Assembly (NCBI GenBank): GCA_900542285.1
Contig: UQNF01000002.1
Coordinates: 10,376 to 74,375, forward strand
Direction: 5' to 3'
From: an uncultured Clostridium sp.
Lineage (GTDB): Bacteria > Bacillota > Clostridia > Christensenellales > CAG-138
Length of the DNA stretch: 64,000 bases
Shown: positions 37,766 through 47,044 of the stretch, piece after piece
Numbering within the stretch: the first letter of the stretch is position 1
How the letters are laid out: the number at the start of each line of letters is the position of its first letter
The notes under the pieces: model-generated
What the model saw: the letters and a program-made list of their open reading frames with translations, nothing else
What the model was told of the DNA's origin: nothing
Databases searched by the model: none
Program-made: the position numbers and the translations under genes

Positions 37766-40700
37766 TTACCCTTTGTTCCTACAAATACTTTGCCTGCGAA
37801 AATGCAGATTCGGCAAAACAACGGCGATTTCTTCGGTATCGTCCTCACCCTTCCATGCAACTATGAAACGAATGTCCGCAGAATAAGGATGGTACCCCCT
37901 GCCTTCCAAGCCTTGAAGTGTGTCAATACACGCCTTCGAAAGCTTTGCGATTGGCACCCCTCTGCCGTTTAACTCAGTATAAAGAAATGCATCTTTTATT
38001 GACAGTTCTGCTCCGCTTCGGAGTTGGAGAACAGTTCTCTTCTTGTCTTTGAAGAAATCAAGAACAACATCCCTATGGGCCAGCTGCAGAGATATCTCTG
38101 CGGGCTCATCGTATACATGACTATCCTCTTTATGCATTACGCCCGGGATATCGAAAGAAGAAAACAGCCTTGTATTGCAGTGAATATAGAGCTCATTTTT
38201 CGCTCGTGTCATGCCTACATAAATTTTTCGTTTTTCTTCATCGGCTGCAGCGGTATTTCCGTTAAGCATCATATATACAGAATCAAACTCACGCCCTTTT
38301 GCCTTGTGAATGGTCGACACATAAACCGTCTCGCCCTCATCATCATAAAAATCCTCGTAGCAGGATTCATTTATGAACTCTTCAAGATCGGTGCGATACT
38401 TTGTTGGGTTTGTTGCTTCAAAATCGCGTATCAGATTAACGCATATCTCATAGCAGGTGCTTCCGGCATAAGTATCATACAGCTGCTTCTTCGCTCTTTG
38501 CCAAAGTTCATCCGAAATTACCGGAGTTCTTAGCGTGCGGTCTATCTGCTTCAAGAAAAAGCGTATTTCGGCCAAGTTATAGAGACGAAATCCATCAAGA
38601 GATTGGATAAGCTTGGCTCGAACCCTGTTCTTTGTCAACAGACCCAACAATTGCAGCGCCTCGTCATTTGTGTTTGTAAGAACACAGCATCTGGCATTGC
38701 CGCGCGTGCTAATAATTTGATCGACCACTGCCGCTTCCATATGCTTTCCGCAATGGTGGGTAATGATAACCGTTCCTGCGTCACTTTCAACCGCTTCGAT
38801 AGGTGTTGATTTCATGCGGTCTTTGATGGATGACACAAATGCATTGCCAAGCGAGATGATCGCAGACTTGCTGCGATAATTCTCCGTCATTTCATATTTG
38901 ACAGCGCCATATTCTTCGATCAAAGTCCTCATATGTCTTGAGTTCGATCCGCGGAATTCATAGATATTCTGATCATCATCTCCGACAGCTATCAAGCGCA
39001 TATCGTCATTGTTTTGCATCAAAGCGCGCACCAAATCGAATTCATCGTCATCCATGTCCTGCGCTTCATCGATCACAAGAACGCTCTTTGTGATTTTCCC
39101 TTGCTCGACCTCTCCGTTACGAATCAATTCGGCAGCATTTCTGACGACATTGTCAACGCCCTCCAAACTGCCGATTTTCCCGAGAAGGTCAAAGCAATAG
39201 GAGTGAAAGGTCTTGATCTCTACAAAATTTGCGGCATTGCCTATAAGTGAGACGAGGCGTTTCTTGAACTCGGTAGCAGCTGCGCGCGAGAATGTCAGCA
39301 TCAAAAGCTGCTCGTGCTTGACATCCTCAAGCAGCAGCAAAGCCGCCAGTTTATGAACAAGCACACGCGTTTTTCCGCTTCCGGGGCCGGCAGCCACTAC
39401 GATATACTTTGAATCCGCATCGTTGATGATTTGGTATTGAACATCGGAAAGCTCTCCAAACAACCGGTTATACTTGCCCGGAGTAATATTTCGGTCGATA
39501 TCTTTGGCGCGTTCTCCCTTGAAATACTTGGAGATAAACTTTCGGAAATCCATCTGAAAATAATCCTGAACAAACTGAAGTGCGGCATCATAATCGCGCA
39601 CCATAAGATTTGCATATTCACCAACGATATGGATCTGACGAATCTTCTGCTTGTAGAACTCATCCAGAAAGCGATAATCATCAACCTTATACTTGATTCG
39701 GTTATCGGTTATAAGACGCTTTATCTCCATGCCGTTATAAAGAACGAGAAACCCTCCTTCAAGTTTCAGTGCGCCAATCTTCGACAGATACAGCAGTGCG
39801 TCCTCCACATCCGACAGAGAAGCTTCATATGCAGAGGTGTTCATATTGGGCATTGCTTTGTATTCGCTGTACAGTCCCACAAGGGAAAAAAGCACAGGCT
39901 TTTCCTCTCTGTCAGTTGCGGCAAGTTCACCGGCTTTTGAGTAGAGCACATCAAGAATAAACCGGCACAAATCAATTCTAAGCCGATATTTTTCGACCAG
40001 CTTTCCGATATCAAGCAAGGGTATAAGCCTTACTGTCTTAGATGCGCCATATTGGGACTTGCCCACATAGTTCTTAATCGTATGATAGTATATCAATGTG
40101 AGGAGACTCTTAACGCTGGACGCGGCAATACCTTCGGCATGAGCTAACTCATTCAGCTCTTTTAGGTTGAAGTCGCAGCCGTCTGACGTAAGCTGCGATA
40201 GAAGGAATTTTTCCAGTTTTGCAAAGCGATCCAGTATCAAAGAAGATTTGTATTCTGTGTCTGATGCAAGAATGTATGCGGACATATCCTGCGTATCTGC
40301 CAAAAGCCCTTCTTGTCGCATTAGGTTAACAGCGTTAATGACTTCTTCTTTCGTCATTCCAAGTGTATCCGCTAGATAGTCTACTCTGGACTCGGCATCA
40401 TCATTGCCGGCGTCGGTAATGCTCCTGGAGGAAATAAGAGATTTAATGATGCGCTTTGCGTTTTTGCGCTGATCTTCCGAAAACAGTGCCGACTGATCAA
40501 TGCGAAAAGACGCTTCACGCATATCCTTTGCCAAAATACTTGTTGCATACACATGGGGCATATTTCTTCCGCGCTTAACATATCCTGCGCTTTCCAGTGC
40601 GGAAACAGCGGTTTTTACGCGGGTTTCAATTTCGCTGACGGAATCATCCCACCCCGCCTGCCGCGCAATTTCCAAAGGCGAGCAGCATACGCTTGTGCGC

Positions 40701-42586
40701 GATTTCGTTAAGTCCTTTATCGCTTTCCACACCTGCTGTATCTCACTTATACTTAGCTTGGTTTGGTTGAGCAGGATGAAATGCTTGTCCAAGTCGCTGT
40801 CGTTATAAAGCACATAACACTCTGCCTGCATATCGGGATCACGCCCTGCGCGTCCGGCTTCTTGCACATAGTCTTCCAGCGAACTTGAAATATCGTAGTG
40901 AACTACCAGCTTAACATCCTTTTTGTCTACACCCATGCCGAAAGCGGACGTTGCAACTATGACTTTCACCTCATTTCGACTGAAAGCCTCTTGGGTTGTT
41001 ATTTTATCGTTCGGATCCATTTTCCCGTTGAACGGCCTTGCAGGGAAACCATCACTTGTCAATTTCTCAGCGATTTCCCGAGTGCGTCTTGTTCTGGAAA
41101 CATAGACGATCGTTGGGCAATCCTTCTGCGCAATGAGGTTGCGGAGCGCACTGTATTTTTCTTCATCGGTTTCCTTGTACAGAACCGTGTAATGCAGGTT
41201 TTCGCGCGTTGCCGTGGAAGCAAAGAGCTCAAGATCCAAATCCAGCTTTTGCTTAAAGTAATCGCGGATATCACTGATTACTTTTTGCTTTGCTGTTGCC
41301 GTAAAACATGATACAGGTATTGGCTTTTTAGCGATCTTTTTCTTCTGCAATTCCCGAATAAAATCACCGATGTACAAATAATCGACGCGAAAATCCTGCC
41401 CCCATGCGGAGAAACAATGCGCTTCATCGATCACGAAACGGACGATATTCCGCGAAACCAAAATTCTTTCTATCGTGCGTGAACGCAATTGCTCGGGTGA
41501 AATATACATCAGTGTTGCGGATCCATTCTTGACTCGTTCCAGCGCATCCGCTCGTTCAATCGGATTAAGAAGACCGTTGACCGTTACAGCCTCCGTGATG
41601 CCGATACTGTTCAGATTGTCCACCTGATCTTTCATCAGGGATTGCAGCGGCGAGATAACAACCGTCAATCCATGAGCTGCTCTTCCTGCCATAAGCGCAG
41701 GGAGTTGAAAAGTTAAAGACTTTCCTCCGCCCGTCGGGAAAACCGCAAGCAATGATTTGCCTTCTGCCGCTGCTTGCACCGCCTTCTCCTGAAGCGGCTC
41801 GCCATTAAATGTTCTGAAACTGTCATAGCCAAAAATCCGCTTTAGATTGACGTGAATGTTAAGCGCATTTTTGCAATACACACACCCTTCTGCGCATGGG
41901 GTATTGCGGAGATATTTGATTACGTTTTCGATCTTTGGATAGTTCCGCAGGAGCCACGGCGGCGTAATAGAATAAAAGTCATCTGCTCCTATAAGTGCGA
42001 GGGCGTATGCAAGTTCAACCGGGTAGTGACGAATCAAAGGAAGAATATCCGCTTTTTCACATATCTTCCCTGCATATGCGCTGCGGATCAGATCCTGCAC
42101 ATTTGAATTGCACGGTTTGAAATTCAAATATTCAAAAAAACCGGTGAATTCGGGATAACCGTACAACAGGCAGCAGAAGATCCGCTGAACCTTTGCTGGC
42201 AGCGCAAAAAAAGCATTGACTTCATCATAAAAAAGATTTGCGGCCTTTTTGCAATCATTTACAGGATTATTAAGCTCTTCTGTTTGGAGCTTGTCGTCTT
42301 TCAGCAGGGCGTGGTATGGACGCTTTGGAAACAAAAGCGGTGACAGATAGAGCGTGTCAATTACTCCGACATTTATCTCCTTGCCAATAGCGGCTTGAAT
42401 GTACTTCAAATCATGGTAAATGATATTATGACCGCAAACAAATTCCGCTCCGAAAATAAACCGGATGAAATCACTAATGGAAGCGGAGTGAAAATAAGTC
42501 CTATTATTTCGTACCGCGCCAAGATCATGTATCTTCTTATCCTCAACACCGATCTCGGCGTCAATAAATACAACGGACTTTGCCAT
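37766..42586 (-). CDS. 1,606-aa fusion protein: DEDDh 3'-5' exonuclease + RecQ-type SF2 helicase + UvrD-type SF1 helicase
   Basis: Exonuclease motifs: VVFIDAEIG, FVCGHNIIYHDLKYI, YHALLKDD. RecQ motifs: AVFPTGGGKSLTFQLPAL, DEAHCFSAWGQDFR, CFTATA, SAFGMGVDKKDV, QEAGRAGRD. UvrD motifs: VAAGPGSGKTRVLVHK, LTFSRAAATEF, VLVIDEAQDMD, VGDDDQNIYEFRGS, TENYRS, TIHKAKGREFDSVYM, YVGMTRAKNELYI. Confidence 0.85.
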   Translation of the reverse strand: MAKSVVFIDAEIGVEDKKIHDLGAVRNNRTYFHSASISDFIRFIFGAEFVCGHNIIYHDLKYIQAAIGKEINVGVIDTLYLSPLLFPKRPYHALLKDDKLQTEELNNPVNDCKKAANLFYDEVNAFFALPAKVQRIFCCLLYGYPEFTGFFEYLNFKPCNSNVQDLIRSAYAGKICEKADILPLIRHYPVELAYALALIGADDFYSITPPWLLRNYPKIENVIKYLRNTPCAEGCVYCKNALNIHVNLKRIFGYDSFRTFNGEPLQEKAVQAAAEGKSLLAVFPTGGGKSLTFQLPALMAGRAAHGLTVVISPLQSLMKDQVDNLNSIGITEAVTVNGLLNPIERADALERVKNGSATLMYISPEQLRSRTIERILVSRNIVRFVIDEAHCFSAWGQDFRVDYLYIGDFIRELQKKKIAKKPIPVSCFTATAKQKVISDIRDYFKQKLDLDLELFASTATRENLHYTVLYKETDEEKYSALRNLIAQKDCPTIVYVSRTRRTREIAEKLTSDGFPARPFNGKMDPNDKITTQEAFSRNEVKVIVATSAFGMGVDKKDVKLVVHYDISSSLEDYVQEAGRAGRDPDMQAECYVLYNDSDLDKHFILLNQTKLSISEIQQVWKAIKDLTKSRTSVCCSPLEIARQAGWDDSVSEIETRVKTAVSALESAGYVKRGRNMPHVYATSILAKDMREASFRIDQSALFSEDQRKNAKRIIKSLISSRSITDAGNDDAESRVDYLADTLGMTKEEVINAVNLMRQEGLLADTQDMSAYILASDTEYKSSLILDRFAKLEKFLLSQLTSDGCDFNLKELNELAHAEGIAASSVKSLLTLIYYHTIKNYVGKSQYGASKTVRLIPLLDIGKLVEKYRLRIDLCRFILDVLYSKAGELAATDREEKPVLFSLVGLYSEYKAMPNMNTSAYEASLSDVEDALLYLSKIGALKLEGGFLVLYNGMEIKRLITDNRIKYKVDDYRFLDEFYKQKIRQIHIVGEYANLMVRDYDAALQFVQDYFQMDFRKFISKYFKGERAKDIDRNITPGKYNRLFGELSDVQYQIINDADSKYIVVAAGPGSGKTRVLVHKLAALLLLEDVKHEQLLMLTFSRAAATEFKKRLVSLIGNAANFVEIKTFHSYCFDLLGKIGSLEGVDNVVRNAAELIRNGEVEQGKITKSVLVIDEAQDMDDDEFDLVRALMQNNDDMRLIAVGDDDQNIYEFRGSNSRHMRTLIEEYGAVKYEMTENYRSKSAIISLGNAFVSSIKDRMKSTPIEAVESDAGTVIITHHCGKHMEAAVVDQIISTRGNARCCVLTNTNDEALQLLGLLTKNRVRAKLIQSLDGFRLYNLAEIRFFLKQIDRTLRTPVISDELWQRAKKQLYDTYAGSTCYEICVNLIRDFEATNPTKYRTDLEEFINESCYEDFYDDEGETVYVSTIHKAKGREFDSVYMMLNGNTAAADEEKRKIYVGMTRAKNELYIHCNTRLFSSFDIPGVMHKEDSHVYDEPAEISLQLAHRDVVLDFFKDKKRTVLQLRSGAELSIKDAFLYTELNGRGVPIAKLSKACIDTLQGLEGRGYHPYSADIRFIVAWKGEDDTEEIAVVLPNLHFRRQSICRNKG

Positions 42587-42654
42587 CTGCCTCCACTCCT
42601 TATAAGCTTAAACTTCCATTCTCCCGATACAATGTATTCGATATGTCCTTTCTA

Positions 42655-43260
42655 TTATCCGGCTCTGCTGAAATGCCTGAACGACAGTATCCCTATCGGG
42701 AGAAAATACGCACACCAGAATTCGAGAGCAGCCACACTTGCAGCGCCCGTTCCTCCGTCGGCCATGCCGCTGAAAGCGTCCGTCATCGGCATAATAAAGC
42801 ACCCAAAGAAGAAAATGCCATGGATAATCATCAGGTATTTCAGCCATTTGTCCGCCCTGTTATCCGCCTTGATGGTTAGGCCGATAAAGAAAGTCGAAAG
42901 GGCCATCATTCCGTAGCCGAGAAGATCGTAGCTGAAGAGCAGTCCGCCTCTTTTAAAATCCAGTATGGCCATTGCCTGCTCGCCAAGATTGCCAAGCCTG
43001 ACGGCGGTCGTCTGAGCAAAGTATACAAGGAATATCAGAACAGCATATATGGCCGCGAAGACCAGTCCGATATTTGCGGCGACCCTATGCCCGTCATCGC
43101 TTTCGCTGCAAAAGCCTGCAGCCATCATTATGTATCCAATCGGAAGCAGCATACACACGAAGTATGACCCGAAGCTAAAATCCAAAAGCAGAAACACGGC
43201 AAATACAAGCACCGCAGCGGATACTGTCAGCGAGCCGAGTTTGGAAAGCAGTCTGTTCAT
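42655..43260 (-). CDS. polytopic membrane protein, unknown family
   Basis: About 200 aa with at least 5 hydrophobic helices. ATG at 43260 lies 7 nt after AAGGAGA (the ORF track starts at a TTG one codon upstream). Ends 68 nt upstream of the giant helicase gene, on the same strand. Confidence 0.65.
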   Translation of the reverse strand: MNRLLSKLGSLTVSAAVLVFAVFLLLDFSFGSYFVCMLLPIGYIMMAAGFCSESDDGHRVAANIGLVFAAIYAVLIFLVYFAQTTAVRLGNLGEQAMAILDFKRGGLLFSYDLLGYGMMALSTFFIGLTIKADNRADKWLKYLMIIHGIFFFGCFIMPMTDAFSGMADGGTGAASVAALEFWCAYFLPIGILSFRHFSRAG

Positions 43261-43298
43261 CAAAGGATCTCCTTGGTTTTCGTTTCGACATTTGGTTC

Positions 43299-43327
43299 AT
43301 TATATCATGTGAAAGCCCGACCGTCAA
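43299..43327 (-). promoter_or_regulatory. sigma-70 promoter (TTGACG-N17-TATAAT), copy 2 of the duplicated cassette
   Basis: On the minus strand TTGACG = 43327-43322 and TATAAT = 43304-43299 with a 17-nt spacer. Drives the membrane-protein gene. Confidence 0.5.
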
Positions 43328-43574
43328 CGACAGTGAAGGTGTAACCGAAGATATGTTGGCGCGTCGATCATAGCTGACACTGTTTTCCTGCAATAAGTCC
43401 TGCGGCAAGCGTAGACCGGCGGCTCGGGTATGGGGGTCGCTCCATTGACCGAAAACAATGTGTGCATAAAAGCAAAGGGCTGCTGAAAAAGCGTACATCG
43501 CTTGGACAGCGGCCCCATGATATCCGAATATCTGTTGTCATTGTTGTCGGGGCCTAACTCAGCAGCCCCAATGG

Positions 43575-43766
43575 TTATTTCGTGCCTATCGCCGCCTCAA
43601 GCAGTGTTCTAAGCTCCCTCAGCTCGTCCGCAAGGAGCTTGAAATTCTGATTCAGGCAGTTCTCGTTGGCTTTGACATCGGCTTCGTAATCGAGCCTGTC
43701 AATGCCTTCCTCCCTGCCGGAGGGCAGGGCAACATAGTAAAGTGCTCTCATCTCCATATCCGTCAT
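43575..43766 (-). CDS. small phage-associated protein (63 aa), unknown
   Basis: Last ORF of the co-oriented structural string, starting 19 nt after the preceding gene. C-terminal coiled-coil-like sequence LADELRELRTLLEAAIG. Confidence 0.35.
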   Translation of the reverse strand: MTDMEMRALYYVALPSGREEGIDRLDYEADVKANENCLNQNFKLLADELRELRTLLEAAIGTK

Positions 43767-43784
43767 CTCCTCATAGCGATATTG

Positions 43785-45197
43785 TCATTCCGTTCCGCAC
43801 CGTTCGCTTATCAGAAGCTCCAGTCCGCCGACAAGCTCCAGCGCACCGCCCTCATCGTTGGAAATGACGAGCTGTATCGTCCTTCCCTCGTCCGCAAGGG
43901 GTATCTCCAGCACCTCTTCCTCGCCCGACGGCATACGGCGGTTGTAGGTGTTCAGGTGAACGCCCGAAAGCGTCGTGACATTCACCTTTCCGCCGCTGCC
44001 CCTAAGATAAAGCTTTCGGAGGCTCTTTATCGTACCCTTGTCGCCAAGATCGGTCAGCGGCGTCGTCCAGTAGGCGTCTATCATCTCGCCGTCATAGCTG
44101 TAGCCGATACCGAACCGATAGATGTATCCGCTGCCGTTTGTAAACAGCAGCCAGCCGTTGACGCTTGCCATGCAGCCGATGGAAAAGCCCCGGTGCAGAA
44201 GGTACTTCCTTTCAAGGATATCGTATTCCACCAGCATATCCTCCCTGCCTTGACGGATGTTGAAATAGAGCTTGTCGCCGACGGTCACGACATGGGACGA
44301 AACGATCAGCGCGTCCCTCATTAGCTTCTTTATCCTGAAGATATCCGCGCTGGGCCTTGCGGTGACGCCGTTATAATAGTAAAGTCCGCTGCTCGTCAGG
44401 AAGAACAGCACGTCACCGTACGCTGCTATGGCGTGCTGCCTTGCGGAGCGGTAGCTGGCGTCGATATGCTCGATCGTGAAATTGGACGGTCGATCACCTA
44501 TGAGCCTGAATAGGCTGCTGCGCTTGAAGATTAGAAGCTGGTTTGACAGCGCCGCTATTCCGATGATTGGGTCGCCTCCCGATGTTCCTACCTCCGCATG
44601 GCCGCCCTCCACGGCAGGGGAGGCTTCGATATAGCCCCAGTTGTCGATGCTCCGTCCGTCCCCGGGCAGTACGGAATAGTAGAGTCTGTTAGGATTTTCG
44701 CCGTCCCCGGCGGCAAAGAGCCTGCCGCGGTACATGGCGAGATAGGAAATGGGCATATCGGAGCAGCCCTCCTCAGAGCCGAACTGGGATACGCTTTCGC
44801 CGTCGTATTTTATCAGCGGATGGATGCCGTCGGCGATAATAAGGCAGTCGGCGGTGCCTATTTGTGCCATAACGGAATCGAACTCAGCTCCGCTCAAGCT
44901 TCCCTGTATCGTGTAAAGGCTTTGCCAGCTCATGTCCTTGTAGGCGTAAACTGTGCTGCCTGCGATAACGACAGGGTATTGCGCCGTGCTGCTGCGGTAG
45001 TAGGTCAGGTGCCGTATCCTGTCCGTGCCGGGTATGGGGTCGGGGAGCAGCTTAATAAAACCGTGCGCAAGGCTCAGCCTTCCGCCGTCGGTGGAAACGT
45101 TTGCTGCGTCGGGCGAGCAGGAAGGGGAGATACGGTTCTCGTCCATGCTCTGGTCAAGCCCTGAAAATCCGTCAATCCTGTATCGTTTAAGTGCCAT
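43785..45197 (-). CDS. phage structural protein, beta-propeller-like (possible tail hub/nozzle, P22 gp10-like by size and position)
   Basis: 470 aa with recurring blade-like strands (VVIAGSTVYAYKD, GRLFAAGDG, QLLIFKRSSLFRLIG, VLFFLTSSGLYYYNG, DKLYFNI, GWLLFTNGSGYIYRFG). The functional call is inference from gene order. Confidence 0.4.
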   Translation of the reverse strand: MALKRYRIDGFSGLDQSMDENRISPSCSPDAANVSTDGGRLSLAHGFIKLLPDPIPGTDRIRHLTYYRSSTAQYPVVIAGSTVYAYKDMSWQSLYTIQGSLSGAEFDSVMAQIGTADCLIIADGIHPLIKYDGESVSQFGSEEGCSDMPISYLAMYRGRLFAAGDGENPNRLYYSVLPGDGRSIDNWGYIEASPAVEGGHAEVGTSGGDPIIGIAALSNQLLIFKRSSLFRLIGDRPSNFTIEHIDASYRSARQHAIAAYGDVLFFLTSSGLYYYNGVTARPSADIFRIKKLMRDALIVSSHVVTVGDKLYFNIRQGREDMLVEYDILERKYLLHRGFSIGCMASVNGWLLFTNGSGYIYRFGIGYSYDGEMIDAYWTTPLTDLGDKGTIKSLRKLYLRGSGGKVNVTTLSGVHLNTYNRRMPSGEEEVLEIPLADEGRTIQLVISNDEGGALELVGGLELLISERCGTE

Positions 45198-45205
45198 GAT
45201 TCACC

Positions 45206-45745
45206 TCAGAATTTATTGATTATGCGGTACGAATCCTCCGCTCCGCGCTGTATTCTCAGCTGCGATTTGGCGTTCTCGAACATGGAAAGGTAGATGTTTC
45301 CGCCCCTCTGGGAGTTCACGTCGCCCACGAGTCTTTCGCGCCCGACTACATAGGTGACTATAAGCCCCTGAACGCCCTGGTCAAGCTCGCATTCGTCCGA
45401 GCTTCGCATTAGCTTTTTGGGCTGACAGCGGTAGGTGATGAGCGCAGGTGAGTTGTAGGGAAGCAGTATTCTGTCGCTGTTGTCGCCGCTCCCGAAGGGG
45501 ACGCAGTGTCCCTGCTGCACCACCCTCAGCACCTTGACGCAGACCCTTGGCAGGCTTGACAGGGTGATAACGCCGCCGTCGGCAGGCACGGTATCGGTCC
45601 TGTAAAAGCCTATCGCGTCCGCAAGCTCCTGCTGCGCCTGGTTGGCGTAGAGCGAAAATCGTATCCGGCATTCGGAAACGTTCGCGGCGTCGCTGCTCCG
45701 TCCGAGCTGTGTCAGCGCGGAAACCGTGATTTCGTTAAGATTCAT
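45206..45745 (-). CDS. phage structural protein (possible head-tail adaptor)
   Basis: 179 aa, directly upstream of the hub-like gene with an 8-nt gap. The function is positional inference only. Confidence 0.35.
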   Translation of the reverse strand: MNLNEITVSALTQLGRSSDAANVSECRIRFSLYANQAQQELADAIGFYRTDTVPADGGVITLSSLPRVCVKVLRVVQQGHCVPFGSGDNSDRILLPYNSPALITYRCQPKKLMRSSDECELDQGVQGLIVTYVVGRERLVGDVNSQRGGNIYLSMFENAKSQLRIQRGAEDSYRIINKF

Positions 45746-45759
45746 CTTTGCTCCTCCCT

Positions 45760-45972
45760 TCAGCCGAGCCTCGCTCCGCTGCCGCAGGTGAAACGGCGAT
45801 AGCGGCTTTCACTCAGCATTCGCTCCGCCTCGCCGGCCCTTATCAGCTCCGCAAGCGCTTCCGGCACTTCAACGGGTACGCCGCGCTCGATCCTGTAGTT
45901 TACGGAATTGATGCAGCCCTCCCAGGGGAGGTTATCCCGTGTTCTTTCCAATGTGATGGTTACTTTTTCCAT
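45760..45972 (-). CDS. small phage-associated protein (70 aa), unknown
   Basis: Tightly packed with the following gene (14-nt gap) on the same strand. Confidence 0.35.
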   Translation of the reverse strand: MEKVTITLERTRDNLPWEGCINSVNYRIERGVPVEVPEALAELIRAGEAERMLSESRYRRFTCGSGARLG

Positions 45973-45998
45973 TTTTTCTTCCTTTCATTTTCTCATTG

Positions 45999-46027
45999 TT
46001 GAACTTTGTCACGGCTTGATGTAAAAT
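45999..46027 (+). promoter_or_regulatory. candidate promoter of the EamA gene (TTGAAC-N17-TAAAAT)
   Basis: TTGAAC at 45999-46004 and TAAAAT at 46022-46027 with a 17-nt spacer; AAGGAG RBS before ATG 46075. Confidence 0.4.
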
Positions 46028-46074
46028 AGGGGACGCCTGCCCAAGGCCTTTATTTCCCTATAAGGAGCATATAA

Positions 46075-47043
46075 ATGAGACGCAAGACCCTGATAGGCGT
46101 GCTCTGTGTAGTCCTCGCCTCCATGTGCTACGGCATAACGCCCATCCTCTCCAATGCCGCTCTCCGCGGCGGCCTGCCTGCGGATTTCGTCCTCCGCGTG
46201 TTCGGCGAAGGGGCCGTTTCCGTCATGGCAGCGGATGCGAGCCGTGCCATGAGCAATGAAAGCGTCGTCGGCATCAGCATGGGCATTGCCTGCGTGCTTT
46301 CGGCTGCGGTATGCCTTATCGGCGGCAGACGCCTCCGCGTCAGCGGCAAACAGACATGGCAGCTCCTCGTCATGGGCGGCGGCGCATTTGCGGTCACCTG
46401 CCTGCTCATCTCCTTTGCGTATAATTTCATACCGGCAGGCATGGCGATAGTGCTGCATTTTACCTATCCGGTATTCGTGCTGCTTGCGTCCCTGCTCTTC
46501 TTCGGGGAAAGGGTCACGCCGCTCAGGCTCTGCTCGCTCGCCGCCGCGATAGCAGGCATCGTGCTTATGTCGGTCGGCAGCTTCGGCGGCAGCATAAAGC
46601 CCATAGGCATCATTCTCGCCCTGATATCGGGCATGACCTATGCCGCATACTTTCTCGCCGGCAAAAACGCCTCCTATTCGGAGCTTGATACCCCCATATC
46701 CAACACCTATATCACCGGCGCTGCCTGCGTTGTATGCATCGCCGCAGGGCTTTGCGGAGGGAGGTTCTCCGTTCCGTCCGATTGGTTCATGTGGGTGATA
46801 CTCGTGCTGGAGGCGCTCCTCGGCTATGTCATCGGCCTGCAGCTCCTGCTGAAGGGGGTGCGGCTCATAGGCTCCTCCGCCGCGTCCGCACTCAACACCT
46901 TGGAACCGGCCTTCGCTTCGATAACAAGCATGATAGTCTTCGGCGAAACGATGGGTCTTTTGAAGGGTTCGGGCGTTGTTCTTGTGCTCTTGGCGGCGCT
47001 TGCAAGCATTCTTGCGCTCAGAAAGAGCGGCGCAGAGGCGTGA
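46075..47043 (+). CDS. EamA/DMT-superfamily transporter
   Basis: 322 aa with about 10 TM helices in two homologous halves; typical DMT pattern (..ASMCYGITPIL.., ..LNTLEPAFASITSMIVFGE..). Confidence 0.8.
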   Translation: MRRKTLIGVLCVVLASMCYGITPILSNAALRGGLPADFVLRVFGEGAVSVMAADASRAMSNESVVGISMGIACVLSAAVCLIGGRRLRVSGKQTWQLLVMGGGAFAVTCLLISFAYNFIPAGMAIVLHFTYPVFVLLASLLFFGERVTPLRLCSLAAAIAGIVLMSVGSFGGSIKPIGIILALISGMTYAAYFLAGKNASYSELDTPISNTYITGAACVVCIAAGLCGGRFSVPSDWFMWVILVLEALLGYVIGLQLLLKGVRLIGSSAASALNTLEPAFASITSMIVFGETMGLLKGSGVVLVLLAALASILALRKSGAEA

Positions 47044-47044
47044 T

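Noticed and set aside
24960-43335. Idea that the inverted 68-nt cassettes delimit an invertible or mobile 18-kb segment.
   Set aside because: The segment holds core metabolism genes (Nfn, hydrogenase, two-component system). No recombinase or target-site duplication is seen, and the repeats are fully explained as promoter/RBS copies. The repeat is kept only as an observation.
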